Assembly: GCA_963924565.1 (NCBI GenBank)
Contig: OZ004610.1
Span: forward strand, 930,001 to 994,000
Source of the DNA: Ascidiella aspersa
Lineage: Eukaryota
Direction: 5' to 3'
DNA length: 64,000 bases
Shown here: piece after piece, positions 41,401-54,100 of the stretch
Position numbering within the stretch: the stretch's first letter is position 1
Layout of the letters: each line of letters opens with the position of its first letter
Notes under the pieces: generated by a model
What the model was told of the DNA's origin: nothing
Seen by the model: the letters and a program-made list of their open reading frames with translations, nothing else
Databases searched by the model: none
Translations under genes and position numbers: made by a program

Positions 41401-43100
41401 TTTCCTTTATTGAGACAGGTACAGGTTGAAAATGTTGTTGGAAACTAATTTTTGCCGAATGTTAAAATGCACGACAATTTGTTAAAGCCCGCTACAGTTT
41501 CTGTTGCATAGTTGTTTATGTTTCCTGCGTTTAATTATATTTACCCAATAGAGTTGGACAGTAAACTTTATAGCGGGCCCGCGATAGACAGGTCTTAAGA
41601 GTTATCCGGCTAAACCGAAAACCTATGATGACGTTGTGACGCCTGAATTAAGGTAACGAAACTTTTATTTTTAAGGGTGCGATGGGAAAAAATGCATTTA
41701 GGCCGTAAAAAAACAATGAAAAATATCTCTTATTAAAAGAAAGACTTCATTTTAACCAGTGCGACCTGTGGGTGCTTTTGGTTATAAATAAGTTTATGAG
41801 AGCTTCATGTAGCACCGAATGTGTGATATCGGAAATCACCTTGACCATGAAAAACAAATTTCTACCTCAAACATACTAAATTATTCTACAGTTCGTTTCA
41901 TGTAGGTATATTTTAAAGGCTGTATTGTGTTGCAACAAGGTATGATTTGCCTTATAGGACGCCCTTCGTAATTTAAGTTTGGTGTGTATATCGTTCACTT
42001 CTTGCTAAAGATTTAAGCAACCATATAAGTAGGCAGTTAATCTAACGCGCATTTCCGTTGAAAAAAGATCCAACACTATGCGCTCTTTACTGACATCTTG
42101 CGTAGCTTGGTATAAAAGTTGTTTTTCGTTTTACCTGACTAATTACGCGATACTTTTTTTCCGATAATGACTTTCTACAATAAAATATATTTTTACCAAG
42201 ACAATTATTGTAAGAACAGACATTTGTGATTCATACTTAAAAAAACATCCGTATTCTAAACTAGGCGCTTAACGAAACAAACGTTCGTTTTTGTGTCGTT
42301 CTTGCTGCTTAATATTGCAAAAAGACACAAAACGAAATTGTAGTTTGCACAAAACAAACAAATTCAATAAAAATAAAACCTGTTCTAGCAGCACTTAAAA
42401 TGTTTGTTTTTTTATGTTATAACCCAAAATCAAAAAGTTAAGTTGCAGTATATATGCAAATCACAACAACTAAATGGTTAAATTAAAATATTTTTCTTTA
42501 AACGCGTCGACAGAAAAATTTAAACGTTTTCACTTTGAATTGTTCTCTCTTTTGTTTCTCCAACTTTTTGGCAAAAACATTCTAAATTGTAGTTTAACCA
42601 CAAAATAATAAGTGGAGACCTTTTTTGACATGTGTTTATCCGAAGCATGTCGACAAGAGATTTGTGCTTTTGTGTTACTTAAATGCAGATCTTTCTGCTC
42701 TGTACAAAATGCAAATAACATCCAAATAAGTTGCGCAGCTAAATCGTGCAATTATTAAATCCACGAAACTTCTAAAAGTGATTTCGCAAAATTAAATACA
42801 GCTGAAAAACAGACACAATAAACTCATATATTGCTGCCTAATTATAGTTTATAGATACAAGTGACGATTTTATGTAATTAATTCCGAAAACACGTCACAA
42901 AACAAAAGTATCTGGGATGAAAAATAGAAGAGTCTAAATATATGTTTCTCTTTAAAATATAATTTTTCCACCTTTTACGTTTTTCGTTCGCTTTTCATTT
43001 TAATAAAAACTCATCACGATTTGCGCTATTCAAAAGGGGATTCCCCTACAAAACAGACTTACAGCTGGTTTCTTCGTTTCCCGGCAACGGCTCGTGACAT
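32462..43100 (-). CDS. Calmodulin/centrin-like four-EF-hand protein (~332 aa) with basic RG-rich N-terminus and ~130-aa C-terminal extension
   Basis: Phase-compatible exons 37568-37765 (..FTADEVDEFRQIFEFYDIDNSKMMDLG), 36350-36517 (DLEMALRALGYNP..MDVDGDPTIDFSEF), 34800-34919 (EAFRCLDHNDDG..GEEMSLKEINEMIR), 34107-34345 (NKDKSGSIDYEQF..), 33035-33182, 32462-32549 (stop). The first exon 43063-43100 (MSRAVAGKRRNQL, gtaagt donor) is the best but less certain candidate. Confidence 0.88.
35058..35443. mobile_element. Decayed MITE (CCGATA family)
   Basis: Ends TAGGGATGTCCGATA ... TATCGG..CCCCTA; internal similarity to 27200-27990. Confidence 0.55.
36500..36740. repeat. Degenerate ~75-91-bp tandem repeat overlapping an exon boundary
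   Basis: Three copies of TTTGAGY(A/G)TCATAGAATACTTAA; two include GCCATCT(C/T)TAGGTC(A/G)CTGTAG. Confidence 0.75.
37336..37545. repeat. Degenerate ~22-bp A-rich minisatellite (AAAACATGACGTAAAACCTAAA-like)
   Basis: Recurrent AC(G)TAAAACCTAAAAA motifs; explains the spurious ORF 37334-37567. Confidence 0.6.
38378..38452 (+). mobile_element. hAT/Charlie-like MITE terminus
   Basis: CAGGGGCTCCGAACCTGTGGTACGCG resembles Charlie-type element ends; the other end was not resolved. Confidence 0.4.
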
Positions 43101-43302
43101 TATGACGTCACTGTTGTAGTTGATCGATGACGTCAATGATGTACTCGATGCGTTGAACAATCGACCTTTCTAGAGTATATCTCGCAAAGTTTTTGTGCAG
43201 AATTACAGCAAATTTATTGTTATAACCTCAATCGCCCTGCGATCATAAAAAAAGGCAAAAATGCTTTTACGTTTTTTTATAGTGAAACAATTGCCTGAAG
43301 CG

Positions 43303-43316
43303 GTAACCATGGTGAC
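43303..43316. promoter_or_regulatory. Candidate RFX X-box upstream of the EF-hand gene
   Basis: GTAACCATGGTGAC approximates the palindromic X-box GTYNCCATGGNRAC, ~200 bp upstream of the candidate ATG. Confidence 0.4.
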
Positions 43317-44763
43317 TTTCACACAAATGAAAAAAAGTTTTTAAATAATTGTTTTTACATTTTAGATAGATATATAAACGATGTTTCCCCAATTAAATGG
43401 GAGTTTTAATTCGTGCGGTTCACCTGAAAATTGTTTCATAATGAATTCAACATTCAAAAGCAGCTAACAATTTCCAAAACAAATCGCCAAACGACGTTTC
43501 TGCAGCAATTTTGCTGAGTCAGTCGTCCTTTTTCTTGTAATTTTGACGAATTATCTCCCGCGTGCGCCTCGTTATAGCGAGATGTTGGCGAGGACCTTTC
43601 GTAACACCACCAAATGCATTTGTGGGATTCTCGCTTAAACGAGCTTCCACGATCACAGGGAGGAAATTACCACGCTATAAATCTTAATATGTTATTCGAG
43701 TGGTGGATAATTTCCCGCTTATGAGTTTTATTTCCACCTTTTTGACGTGATATTGGAATTTAACACCATGTTTTACAAATTTCCACCCCAAGTGGATTAT
43801 TACAACCTCCAAAATGTACGGTGTAATGTTTAACAGCATAATCTGCTAACGTTCTATCCGACCAAAAAAGCCTCATAAATGTATACTATACTACTATTAC
43901 CGTAATCAATTATTATATGTATAGCTTCTCATAACAATGTCAAAAGTAGCCCTTGTATTTTTTTAAATATACGTTACTCGGTTAATTAAATTAAACGTTT
44001 AAGTTTTTACATGACTATAGCGTTAAGATAAGCAGCTGTTCTGAATTTTTGTTGTCATAATTTATAGCACTTTTATTTTAGCACAGAAAAAGTATTCTAT
44101 ACCGCGGTTATTTAAAATAAAAATTACTGACATTTAACTTCGTACGTTCCACTCATACACCAACTGTGTGGCTTCTAAGTGAGCACTCAGCGTTTGACAA
44201 ATATCAAGTGAACTGCTACAAATGATTACACTGCCGCATTGTCAATCCACTGATTGGATCACACAGCCTAATGATGCCTGTACATTATAATCCACCATTA
44301 GATCGATACCAGTTAATCACTTACAGCACAGTAGGTTCTAATTAACAAGACAAAAATACAGCGAAGCCATAGTAACCTGTTATACACCATACGTCGAACC
44401 AATACAACATTAGTACGAGTGTTTTGTTGTCCCTAATTGATTTGTCTTAACCAATTATACATACCTAACTATATTCATATTGATTGTAGCAAAACCAAAG
44501 CCATTTACTGCAAACACAAACGTATATATGACATATGAAAGTAATCTGAACAACACCAGAAACATATCTACCATCCCTAAAGTTCTGTATGCATTACTAT
44601 TTCTGAACACTGCGTTTATATATACTTTGTATGTAATTTTGTATAATTACATATAATCTGTATAATGATGCTGTAAAATGTAATAGGGTCAAGGACCTTA
44701 GAGACAAACTTGTTTCTCTAACTAAACCACATGCCTTATTGCGAAGCTTTGTAAATATTTTTC

Positions 44764-44806
44764 ATTTCATCTGATGAAGCACGGTTGTGCGAAAGCTTGT
44801 CGAGAT
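44764..44806 (+). ncRNA. Minimal type I hammerhead ribozyme motif of the Penelope-like element type
   Basis: CTGATGA-A-GCAC/GGTT/GTGC-GAAA core followed by palindromic AGCT helix III; ATTTCAT can pair with GT(C)GAGAT as helix I. Confidence 0.6.
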
Positions 44807-46034
44807 TTCAATACAATTTGTCGTTACATATTGCCACCTTATAACCTTATTGCGAAGGTAATGCTGCAATGATATAGCTCTACACATATATCATTCCACT
44901 TCAAATTCATCTCGATATCAATATAATACCAACCTCGATTCCAACTTCCTTTCTCGGTTTCATAAAATATTGATAAGCTTATTCATTCATCAATTGAAAC
45001 AAACTCGGCCCCCCGTGTCATTTGATCGTTTCGAAAGCTGCCTTAACACCGTATGATCTACGCTGAGTACATTGAAAGCCATTCTTGTGAGTTAACAATT
45101 TGGTTTTAGATGGCTTCATATTTACTGTCAGCAGTTGTCTTAAAACTTATTAAAGCTTATTTTTAATCTGAACCGCCGCATATTTTCCAAATGACCCTAA
45201 AAAATTAATATTTATATATGCGTGATGTTTGTTGGAGGCAAAATTAGCTACGTTTAATATATTTTTAACTTTCATAATAATTAAGTCAATAAAGCTAAAT
45301 GCAGGTTTTATATCCGAAAAAACAGTTTATTTATAAAAAATAATTACACGTAAAAAAAAACTAAACGTAACAAAAACTATTTATTTTTTGCTTCGAAAAA
45401 AGCAATCTGCAATGTTTCTACTAAATAAGACTTTTAATTGCTTTTGCTTTAGACGAGAACGAATCCGCAATATTATTTCCCATTAAAATTGCGGTTGGTT
45501 TAGTTGTGAATAGCTAACAAAAGAGCAATTCAATTTTTACTTTGAATAAGGATCAAACCGCTTTTGTTCGAGGAAACTAGCGAAATGAAATCTATTAATG
45601 TTTACCTAATCACAGTTTTATCTATAGAACATTCCACTGTTTCTGCAAAATAAGTATTTTTATTTTAAAACTATTAAAAATGCTATTATTGAAAAGTTGT
45701 TCAACAATTACAGATTCTGTGGGTATAAAAACAATTCCGCAATGTTACCGGGAAATTAGCAGCAAGTTATATTGTTAAGATAAAAGGAAAATCACTAATA
45801 GAAAACAATGCAACTATTTACCGTTTGACTAAATCAGTCCGCTTTGTTTTTAGGAAAATATATGATAAATTTATTGTTTAGATTAGGGGTCGAAATGTAC
45901 TGATTTAAATTTCTGAACGTGTTTCAACAAAAAAAAAAAAACGGCTACAAAAACAGCAGATTGGGTTCGTTTATAAAATCGACAAGCAACAGACTGTTTT
46001 GCAAAATGCGCCTAAAATGCAAATCATTTAAAAG

Positions 46035-46627
46035 CAGGGAGTCGAACCGGAACCGAACCGGAACTTTATGAACCGGTTTTGGCTCAATTTTTTCCGAACC
46101 GTAACCGAACCTGAACCGGATTTATAAGAATTTAAGGAGCCGAACCGGAACTTAACCGAATAATTTGAAAGTACCTGAACCTTAACCGAACCCGAACCTG
46201 TAAATAAAAGCGGTTCGCTCCTGCATGACGTCACAACTTCTATTTTACAGAGTCAAGTTACGCCATGTTCGAAATTTTATGAAAAAAATATGAATATTGA
46301 ATGAAAAAATCGTTTATTTTTTTTATTTTTTAGATATTTCAATAATGAGTTACTGTTTTGTTAATAAATCACGGAACTTAGATTAAATGACTTACAATTT
46401 AAAGATTATTCTCTATTTATCGACCCACATTTTGAGATTTAACGCAAATTATATTGTATCTGAACCGGAACTTTATGAACCGGTTTTGAAATAACGATGG
46501 TCGAACCGGAGCTGAACCGGAACTTTTAAATTACTCCGAACCGAAACCGGAACTGAACCGGATTCCGAAAAAATCCTTGAACCCGAACCGAACCTGAACC
46601 GGAAAAGTCAAACGGTTCGACTCCCTG
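46035..46627 (-). mobile_element. Non-autonomous hAT-like MITE (GAACCG family), copy 2, 593 bp
   Basis: Perfect 15-bp TIR CAGGGAGTCGAACCG/CGGTTCGACTCCCTG, perfect 8-bp TSD TTTAAAAG (46027-46034, 46628-46635), many subterminal GAACCG motifs. Confidence 0.92.
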
Positions 46628-48162
46628 TTTAAAAGCGATAACGGAAACTAAGCTTTCTATGAAAACAAACACTTCTCTTTCTTATGCCTAACTTTTATGA
46701 AATAAAAATTGATAATTTACACTCTAAATTACAAGAGTATAAATTATTAGGTAAATACTTATTTTTGATTTAACCAATACCTATACAATACCTGTGATAT
46801 AAGCCTTGATTTAACTCATTTAAAAAAATATTTTGACCTAAAATGGCTGCAATAAACATGTTGTTGCTTTAACGTCTTGGTAAACAAAAAAAATAAACAA
46901 AATTTATAATAACAAATAATTTTGTGAGAAGTTCAAAGTAATATTTAACCTGTTTAAATAATAAATTTTCATGGATTTCTCGAAAAACGTATATTGCAGT
47001 TGGGCGAATAAGAGTTTGTTAAAAAATATGTGGTAATTCGCGGGTAAATAAATAAACGTTCACGTTCTTTATGTAACACCACTTTGTCGTCGGCTCCGAC
47101 TGCATTCCATAATTTATTCCCGCCGAATTATTCATGCTAAAATTTATTTCTTGAAATTCTGTAGGCCAGAATGACTATTTGTTATAGTCAACTCACAGGT
47201 TGGTTATTATTTATTCCTAGCCAAATGCTGTCAATAGCGAAGCATTCCTCGCTAAAAACATTTGGCGGACACAGACTGCAGTTAAAAACTAAACAGTTAT
47301 TACATTTCATAAGATGTTAGTACTTTACAGCACCGAAATTGTTATTTAAAAAAAATACAAAACCAAATGATAAATTATAATGGTTGACAGGCAGAGCCAG
47401 TTTTTACAAGACAAGGTGTAAGTGTTGGGTAGTTCTACAGCAGAAATGACAAAAATGCAGATTATTTTGAATTTGTTCAGCTATGGTGCAGTATACACGA
47501 ATGGAAACTTCCCCCTCAAAATTTTGTGTTGTAGCTAGCAGTATAATAAACAATCATGCATGTTTTGTGCTAAAAAGCATAATATTAGCAACTTCTAGAC
47601 CCTATACTGTGAAAAATATGGCAAGCAAGTGCACCCATGAGTAATTTTAACAGGCCCCACCTGAGCACCAAAAATTAAATTTGAACCCTAATTTTTCCAT
47701 TTGTTAAACAAACATGCATTTTTGACCTTGCCACCCTATTTTTTGGCTGTTATCAAATTTGAAATACGTTTTAGATATGACTGAAACTTGTACAGTATAT
47801 CTTATTCCCAATCCTAAAGGAATTGGAATAATATATGCTCTTTTACTTTACATTAATATTGATAAGGTGTGGTATAAGTTTTCTTTTTACATTCTGAAAA
47901 ACCATGTATATATATTATAATTGATTTCTTAGATTAATGAGATTTATCAAATTGTCCATTGATGTAAAGTTAAGTACAGAAAACTTATTATTCAAGGTAA
48001 AACTTTTGCAATTCAATAAATTCTTAATAGTATGAAAAGTTATAATTCCATTTCAGATTTCTCTTTAAGCAAACATTTCCATAGGTATATAACTATAAAT
48101 TCTTATGTTTTTTTTTTGGAGGAGGATGCTTGTAAGTTAGAAATTGACTAACGAAGGGCAGT

Positions 48163-51100
48163 ATGCCTTCTTCCAAATACAGACATAACTTGGAAGGTAA
48201 ATATCGTAATTTTCAAAATGAAATATTTAACTGCTAAAAACTATTTTGCTTTGACACATTGCTGCGAATTTTGTATATTTAAGGTGGCACAAATAGCCGA
48301 CGAGCACGAATAGCTAAGAAGAAGTCTAGCAGCTTTTCCCCGCTTAAAGTTCTTGTTTCAGTGACAATCGTGGTGTCGTTTGCTGGCAGCGGTGGTTTTA
48401 TAACAATTGCTTTAACAGGTAAGTATCTTTTATTTTTTTTAACAAGGGGTATTTTATTGTTGAAGAGTTTTTTGTCAACAAGTCAGGGCCATATGTCAAT
48501 CAAATATCTCTTTTTCTATAATTTCCTAACTTTTCTCATATATATCTTGATTGTTCATTGGAAGGGGTGATGTGTTGCAAGGGTAAGTAATATATTTGCT
48601 TAAGTAACCCCAGCGCACTGCCTTAGGCTGACAGCTTGAATCGCTGCATGTGCTATTTTGTGGCTGACATTTAACTGTCAATATACTCAACGAGCAATAT
48701 CTACTGAGTTAGGTGACTCTGTCAATTCAAGAAGTTAAGGACTGGTAGATAAATGTATTTGCTTCTTGGAATCAGGCTTGACAAGGAGTGTGTAAGAGAA
48801 TCAGGCATAGCCTCAAGGGCCAGGCACTCTAAGCAACTCCAAACTAAACCTTTTTTGTAAGGGCTGCATAACTGTCACCTTATTTTGAATACTAAACCCA
48901 CCCACCTGTTGCAGCACTACCTTATACGCAACATACTCATACCAATAAGGCTTAACACTGTGCAAATTTATACAAGTAATGATTCTTAAGCTATCACATA
49001 ATTTTAGTCTAATGGTTCTCGAAAGAGGCATTGAAAACGACCTCAGATGTGCTGGGACCATCTCCTTTACATGAATATTAAATAGATGCGCACAAACAGT
49101 CCCCAATAATAACTTTTTAATTATAACGCGACTGAAACTAAATATAATCTACTTATCTCAAGCACGTCTCTACCAAACTTTTTGCCATATAACTGTGCTG
49201 ACCAAATATAAACAAAGATATGCATGAAATTTATTAATGTTATTGCTAGGTGCCACTGATCTTTGTCCTTATTTGAGAAGCTTGGTTTTACTGCACAACG
49301 TAACAACATAGTATTTTGTTCAGGGAGTTTTGACACAAAGTTTTAGGTGCAGAACAATTTAAAACTTGTTTCTTTTTATAACAGGCCCTGAGAATGATGC
49401 AATAGCAGAACAATATTTTTGTGCTGCGTACAAAGCAGGAGCCAAGAATCTTTCAGCTGTGGAGCTTAGTGTTTGCCAAAGTAATGTTTTAAATATGTAT
49501 ATCAAAACTGAATCAATATATATTTCAAAGTGTTTTAAACATTGTTGTGGTATTTCACTGTGTTAAACTCTGTATTTTTTTCTATTTGGTCACTAAATAA
49601 AACCCAAAAGGTTTTCTCCATTATATATTTATTGTTTATGTTGAACTAGATATCATTGAGCAACCATTTAAAAAGATAAATTGTTTTAAGAGGTAATATT
49701 TGGTCACTAAACACAACCCAAAAAGGTTTTATTAGTCATACAAGTAACTGTAAAAAACATCACCTCAGATATGATTTTATTCGGAACTTTAAGGACAAAA
49801 ATAAGTATAATATATTGATTGTTCATGTTAAGCTAGATATCATGGAGTCATCATTTAAAACAATAAATTGTTTTAAAGGGTAGTATAAATTTTTTGCCTT
49901 ATTTGCACTAAATAACAAAATAAAACAACTATTGCTTTTATTGCCAACTAATCATCATTATTTGTTTCGTAAATTACAAAATTTTATTTTTACATTGTTA
50001 CGTATATTGACAATAATTATAGAAATACTGGCAAATAACCCAAGAGGTGAATAATAATCTCGCTTGAATTTAAAGAAGCTTTGGCATCATTTGAGATGTT
50101 CAAAAAAATTCATGCATAAATATTTCATCTTTACAAGCTTGTTGTCACAACAAAATTTGCTATTTTCATTTTATTGCTAGTTTTATTGCTAGTTTTGTTG
50201 GTGGTTTTTGATTGGTGGATATATATAGAATTTGTTTTCTTTAGTGAATGAATGTGAGTTTGACATAGCCTCATGTGATCTGCCTTGTCCTTTCGGTTAC
50301 CAGACGGCTGGCAAGGGTGAGATTTGTCCAATAAGTTGTGATTGTACAACCTCTGGTAATTATGAGGGTGACATCCAATTCAGTGAGGATGAACTGCCAG
50401 TTATGCTGGAGGTAACAAGTCAAAAGTGAACCTTATGTCTACTTCGGTTTTAAATTGTTATATATTGTTATTTGTAATACATGATAGCTACGGAGTAAGA
50501 CTTGGGACTTGAGTAAAACTACCTTTAAGTATTGTGAGTGAAGTTATATAACTCCCTCTTTGAGTGGATTACTATATTATTTTACTCATAAATGGGTTGA
50601 ATACAGGCTATAGAGTTCGGACTCGGGAGATAACCAAATCGACAAATTGGCGGAATTTATTTGTTTATTTTTATTTTCTGCCCTGGCTGGTGGTATCCAC
50701 TGTAAGATTACTGTGAATGTTTTAATGCATATAATATTTTTAGCATATATATAAGCTGGATGTTGTCTTAAATTTTTATTAAACAAAGGATTATGGAGAA
50801 TGTTTCGAAGGTATAACCTACAACCTTGTTTGACTTAAAAATAAGTTTTTTTCATATTCATTTTTCTTTCAACTAAAACCTCAAAATCAAGATATCTAGC
50901 TAATTTTGGAATATCTGAATGTAAATGCAAAGTATTTTTTTTTTAAAGCAATCATAAAACGATATTGCTTTGCAGAAATTCGGACTTTCTCAAGGCGGAG
51001 GTGAAATTTCAATCTTCGCCGGAACAGTGTCGACCGATTCCTCGAAGAACAAGTGGCCAAAAAATAAAGATGGAAGGGTTCCCATTCCATACACTTTTGA

Positions 51101-54100
51101 CAACTTTATAAGTAACTAGCATTATTGCGACTATATGTACTGTGTTAATCTATTTGGCTCTTTAGAAAAAATAGAAAATTACCCTAATTGTGAAACTAAA
51201 AACAGATAAAATAAATGGAATGTTGATTGTTTGATATCTTAGACCAGTAATTTTCAAAGTGGGTGCCTTAAAGCTTTATTGCAGTGTTTCTAAACCTTGT
51301 TCGCAGCAACCCAAATAATAAGCGTAAGTTTTACAACAAGGCTTTGGGCGACATAATTCTTTTCACTGACTTATGGTAAGCTTAAAATCAACAAAGTGCA
51401 AAAAAGTTTATTTATTTGATCCATGTCTATTACTGCTGCAATTTTTGAGATATATTTTAAATATTAAATTTAAGCATGTGAACTAATGCAGTCATCCACC
51501 CAAACAACATCAAATGGCCCTGCAATTAGCTTCACGACCAATTGGTTAAAAAACACTTCTTTAGCGGGCCCAACAAAGTTTATAATGCTACACCCTAACC
51601 AAAATAGGTAAATTATAAAAAGTAAACGTATGCCAAATAGGAATCATGATCATTTAAAACACTGCAAGCTCGTCAGCCACATAAAATCCTTTAAAGAGAA
51701 ACTTGCGAATCACTGCTTTCGTCTTTATGATCTTTATTTCATTGTCAATATTGCTGTTAAAAAACAAAAGTATTTCTACCTATGTCTGTCTACTGCAGTT
51801 GTTTAAAAACAATCACCAACATTCCTAAAGTAATATTTTTTTCTTTTATTTTAAGGTGGCGAGATTAAAGAAATGGTTGGAAAAGCAAGCAAGGTGTTTT
51901 CAGAGCAGACCTGCATTGATTTTATCCCCAAAACTGAAACACACAACAAATGGATTATTCTTAGTGGAAAGGGGACCATTTGCAAGTAGATTAATGTTAT
52001 TATTGTATATACATTCCAATTGCTGCTCATTAAATGGTTTCTCTAATTGTATTATGTTGTACTTATTTTTATAAGCTGTTTATTATAATATAATATTATT
52101 TATCTGTCATTAGTTAGTAGTGACTATTGTTAGTGTGACACTGCAACCTAATTTTTAGTAAGAATCGTTTTCACAATTTTTGTGTTCTTATTTAAATTTT
52201 TTTAAGTAACATTTTTTCATTTACTTGTGTATAATTCAGGTCAAATGTTGGCTGGAAAAATGAGGAATCACAAAAAATCTTCTTGGTAGAGCGATGTGCG
52301 AATGCTGGAACGGTTGAACACCAGTTTTTACACTTACTGGGGTTCTTTCATGAGCACGTGCATCCATTGAGAGACAATTATATTAGGATTGTGCAAAAAA
52401 ATATCGCAAAAAGTAAGTCATTAGGTGAAAATCTCCTTCCTTAAAATAATTTATAAACTTTTAAAATTCAATTGATAAACGTTTAGTTATGTCTTTACTT
52501 TACCAATAAAAAACAACTTTATATTTAAAAATGAAAACAAAAACTTTTTCGGAGCTAAAACATTTACTTTCTACGGTTAAACTATTTAAATTTAACAAAC
52601 TTAGTGATAAACTTTCAGTTATATCTAAAAATGTCTTACTCTAAAAAGGCTAAACATTTATTTTATTCAAAAAAAAATATATATATTTCGGAACTAAAAC
52701 TTCCAGTAAAACTTTTCTACACTAAAACAACAAATTAATTTAAATAGATGAAGAAATAAACTTTAAGAAACTTAAGGATGACGACACAATTGGCTTAGAT
52801 GTGCGTTACGACATAAATTCGATCATGCATTTTGGCGGTTACTTCTTCAGTTCATCTCCTTCTGAACCAACTATATTGGACAGGGAATCGAGTAAGTATA
52901 AGAAGGTGTATGTTTGCCTTGATTGCCAGGAACAGATCCAGGATAGGTTTTGGGTGAAAAACTATATTTTTAGCCGAACTTCTATCTATTTTTACTCCGT
53001 TGTTTTTCCGTTTTAATGAAATCTACGGCCAATGACGCCATACATACTATGACGTGTAACGTGTACTCATTAACTTTACAAAGTAAAATTTTGTTAGATT
53101 AAACTATTACTGTTGTTATTTCAACCAATATGTAAGTCTGTCTTATGTGCCTTATACGTCACGTACCCTTCTAAATTAAAAGTTTTGCGAATTTAAATTA
53201 AATGAACGCCTTTTTTGTCGATTCGATTGACTGGCAATTTGCACACGAATTCGCTTAAAACAGCAAGTGTTTTAAAGATGTATATTTTTATGACGTCACA
53301 CCAGAGGTTACTTGGTGACGTGATCCATGCAAATTTTCATTTATAAAAAAAAAGCAAATTGTGAAGTAAAACTGTTGCCAATTGCTATCATCTTATCACA
53401 TTGGGCATTTTAAAACCATTTTTTGATGAATATATAAACATTAAACATTCTTAATAGAATATTTGTTTCATGATTTCTATGTCGCATACAAAATTTTGAT
53501 TTACAGATAAACCTATCAAATTTCAACGAAAAACGATGACATCCAGTGACGTTTTAGAGGTCAACAGACTTTACGCTTGCGGTGAGCTGCTTTTTGACGA
53601 AATTTCAGAACAAATTTCCTGCTTTAAACCTGTTTAATTGTCAGCAGCTTTTAAAAAGTTGGCTCCAATCGGCAGCAACCAACATGCCATGGTTGTGCCA
53701 CTTGCCACTAGCACAACACAGGTTGCCAGTACGATGAAGCCACTTGACGCAAACTTCGTGTCAACCACAGTGGCCACAGCAAGCACAATCACTGCTTCCA
53801 ACTCTGGTATTGAAGTTGCAAAAGGGAGTGAAAGTTCCAAACTAAAGGGCGGAGGTAATTGGAGCAAATGGACTGAATACAGCCATTGTTGGCAGACTTG
53901 CGGAGAAAAAAATGTTAAGAGAAGATTCAGGACTTGCAAAGACAAGGTTAGAAGATTGATTTTACTAAACCGGACATTAAAAACTACAAGTGGGCCGATA
54001 AAACCACAATTTTTCTTTACTTCAGTGGAAATAAACTGTTATGCCAGAATAAAACCTCCACATACGTTTACAGGGGTAAATCGAATCCAACTCAATTTCA

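Noticed and set aside
47160-48085. Several small AG...GT-bounded segments that could be 5' UTR exons of the astacin-like gene
   Set aside because: Non-coding, so there is no frame evidence to support them
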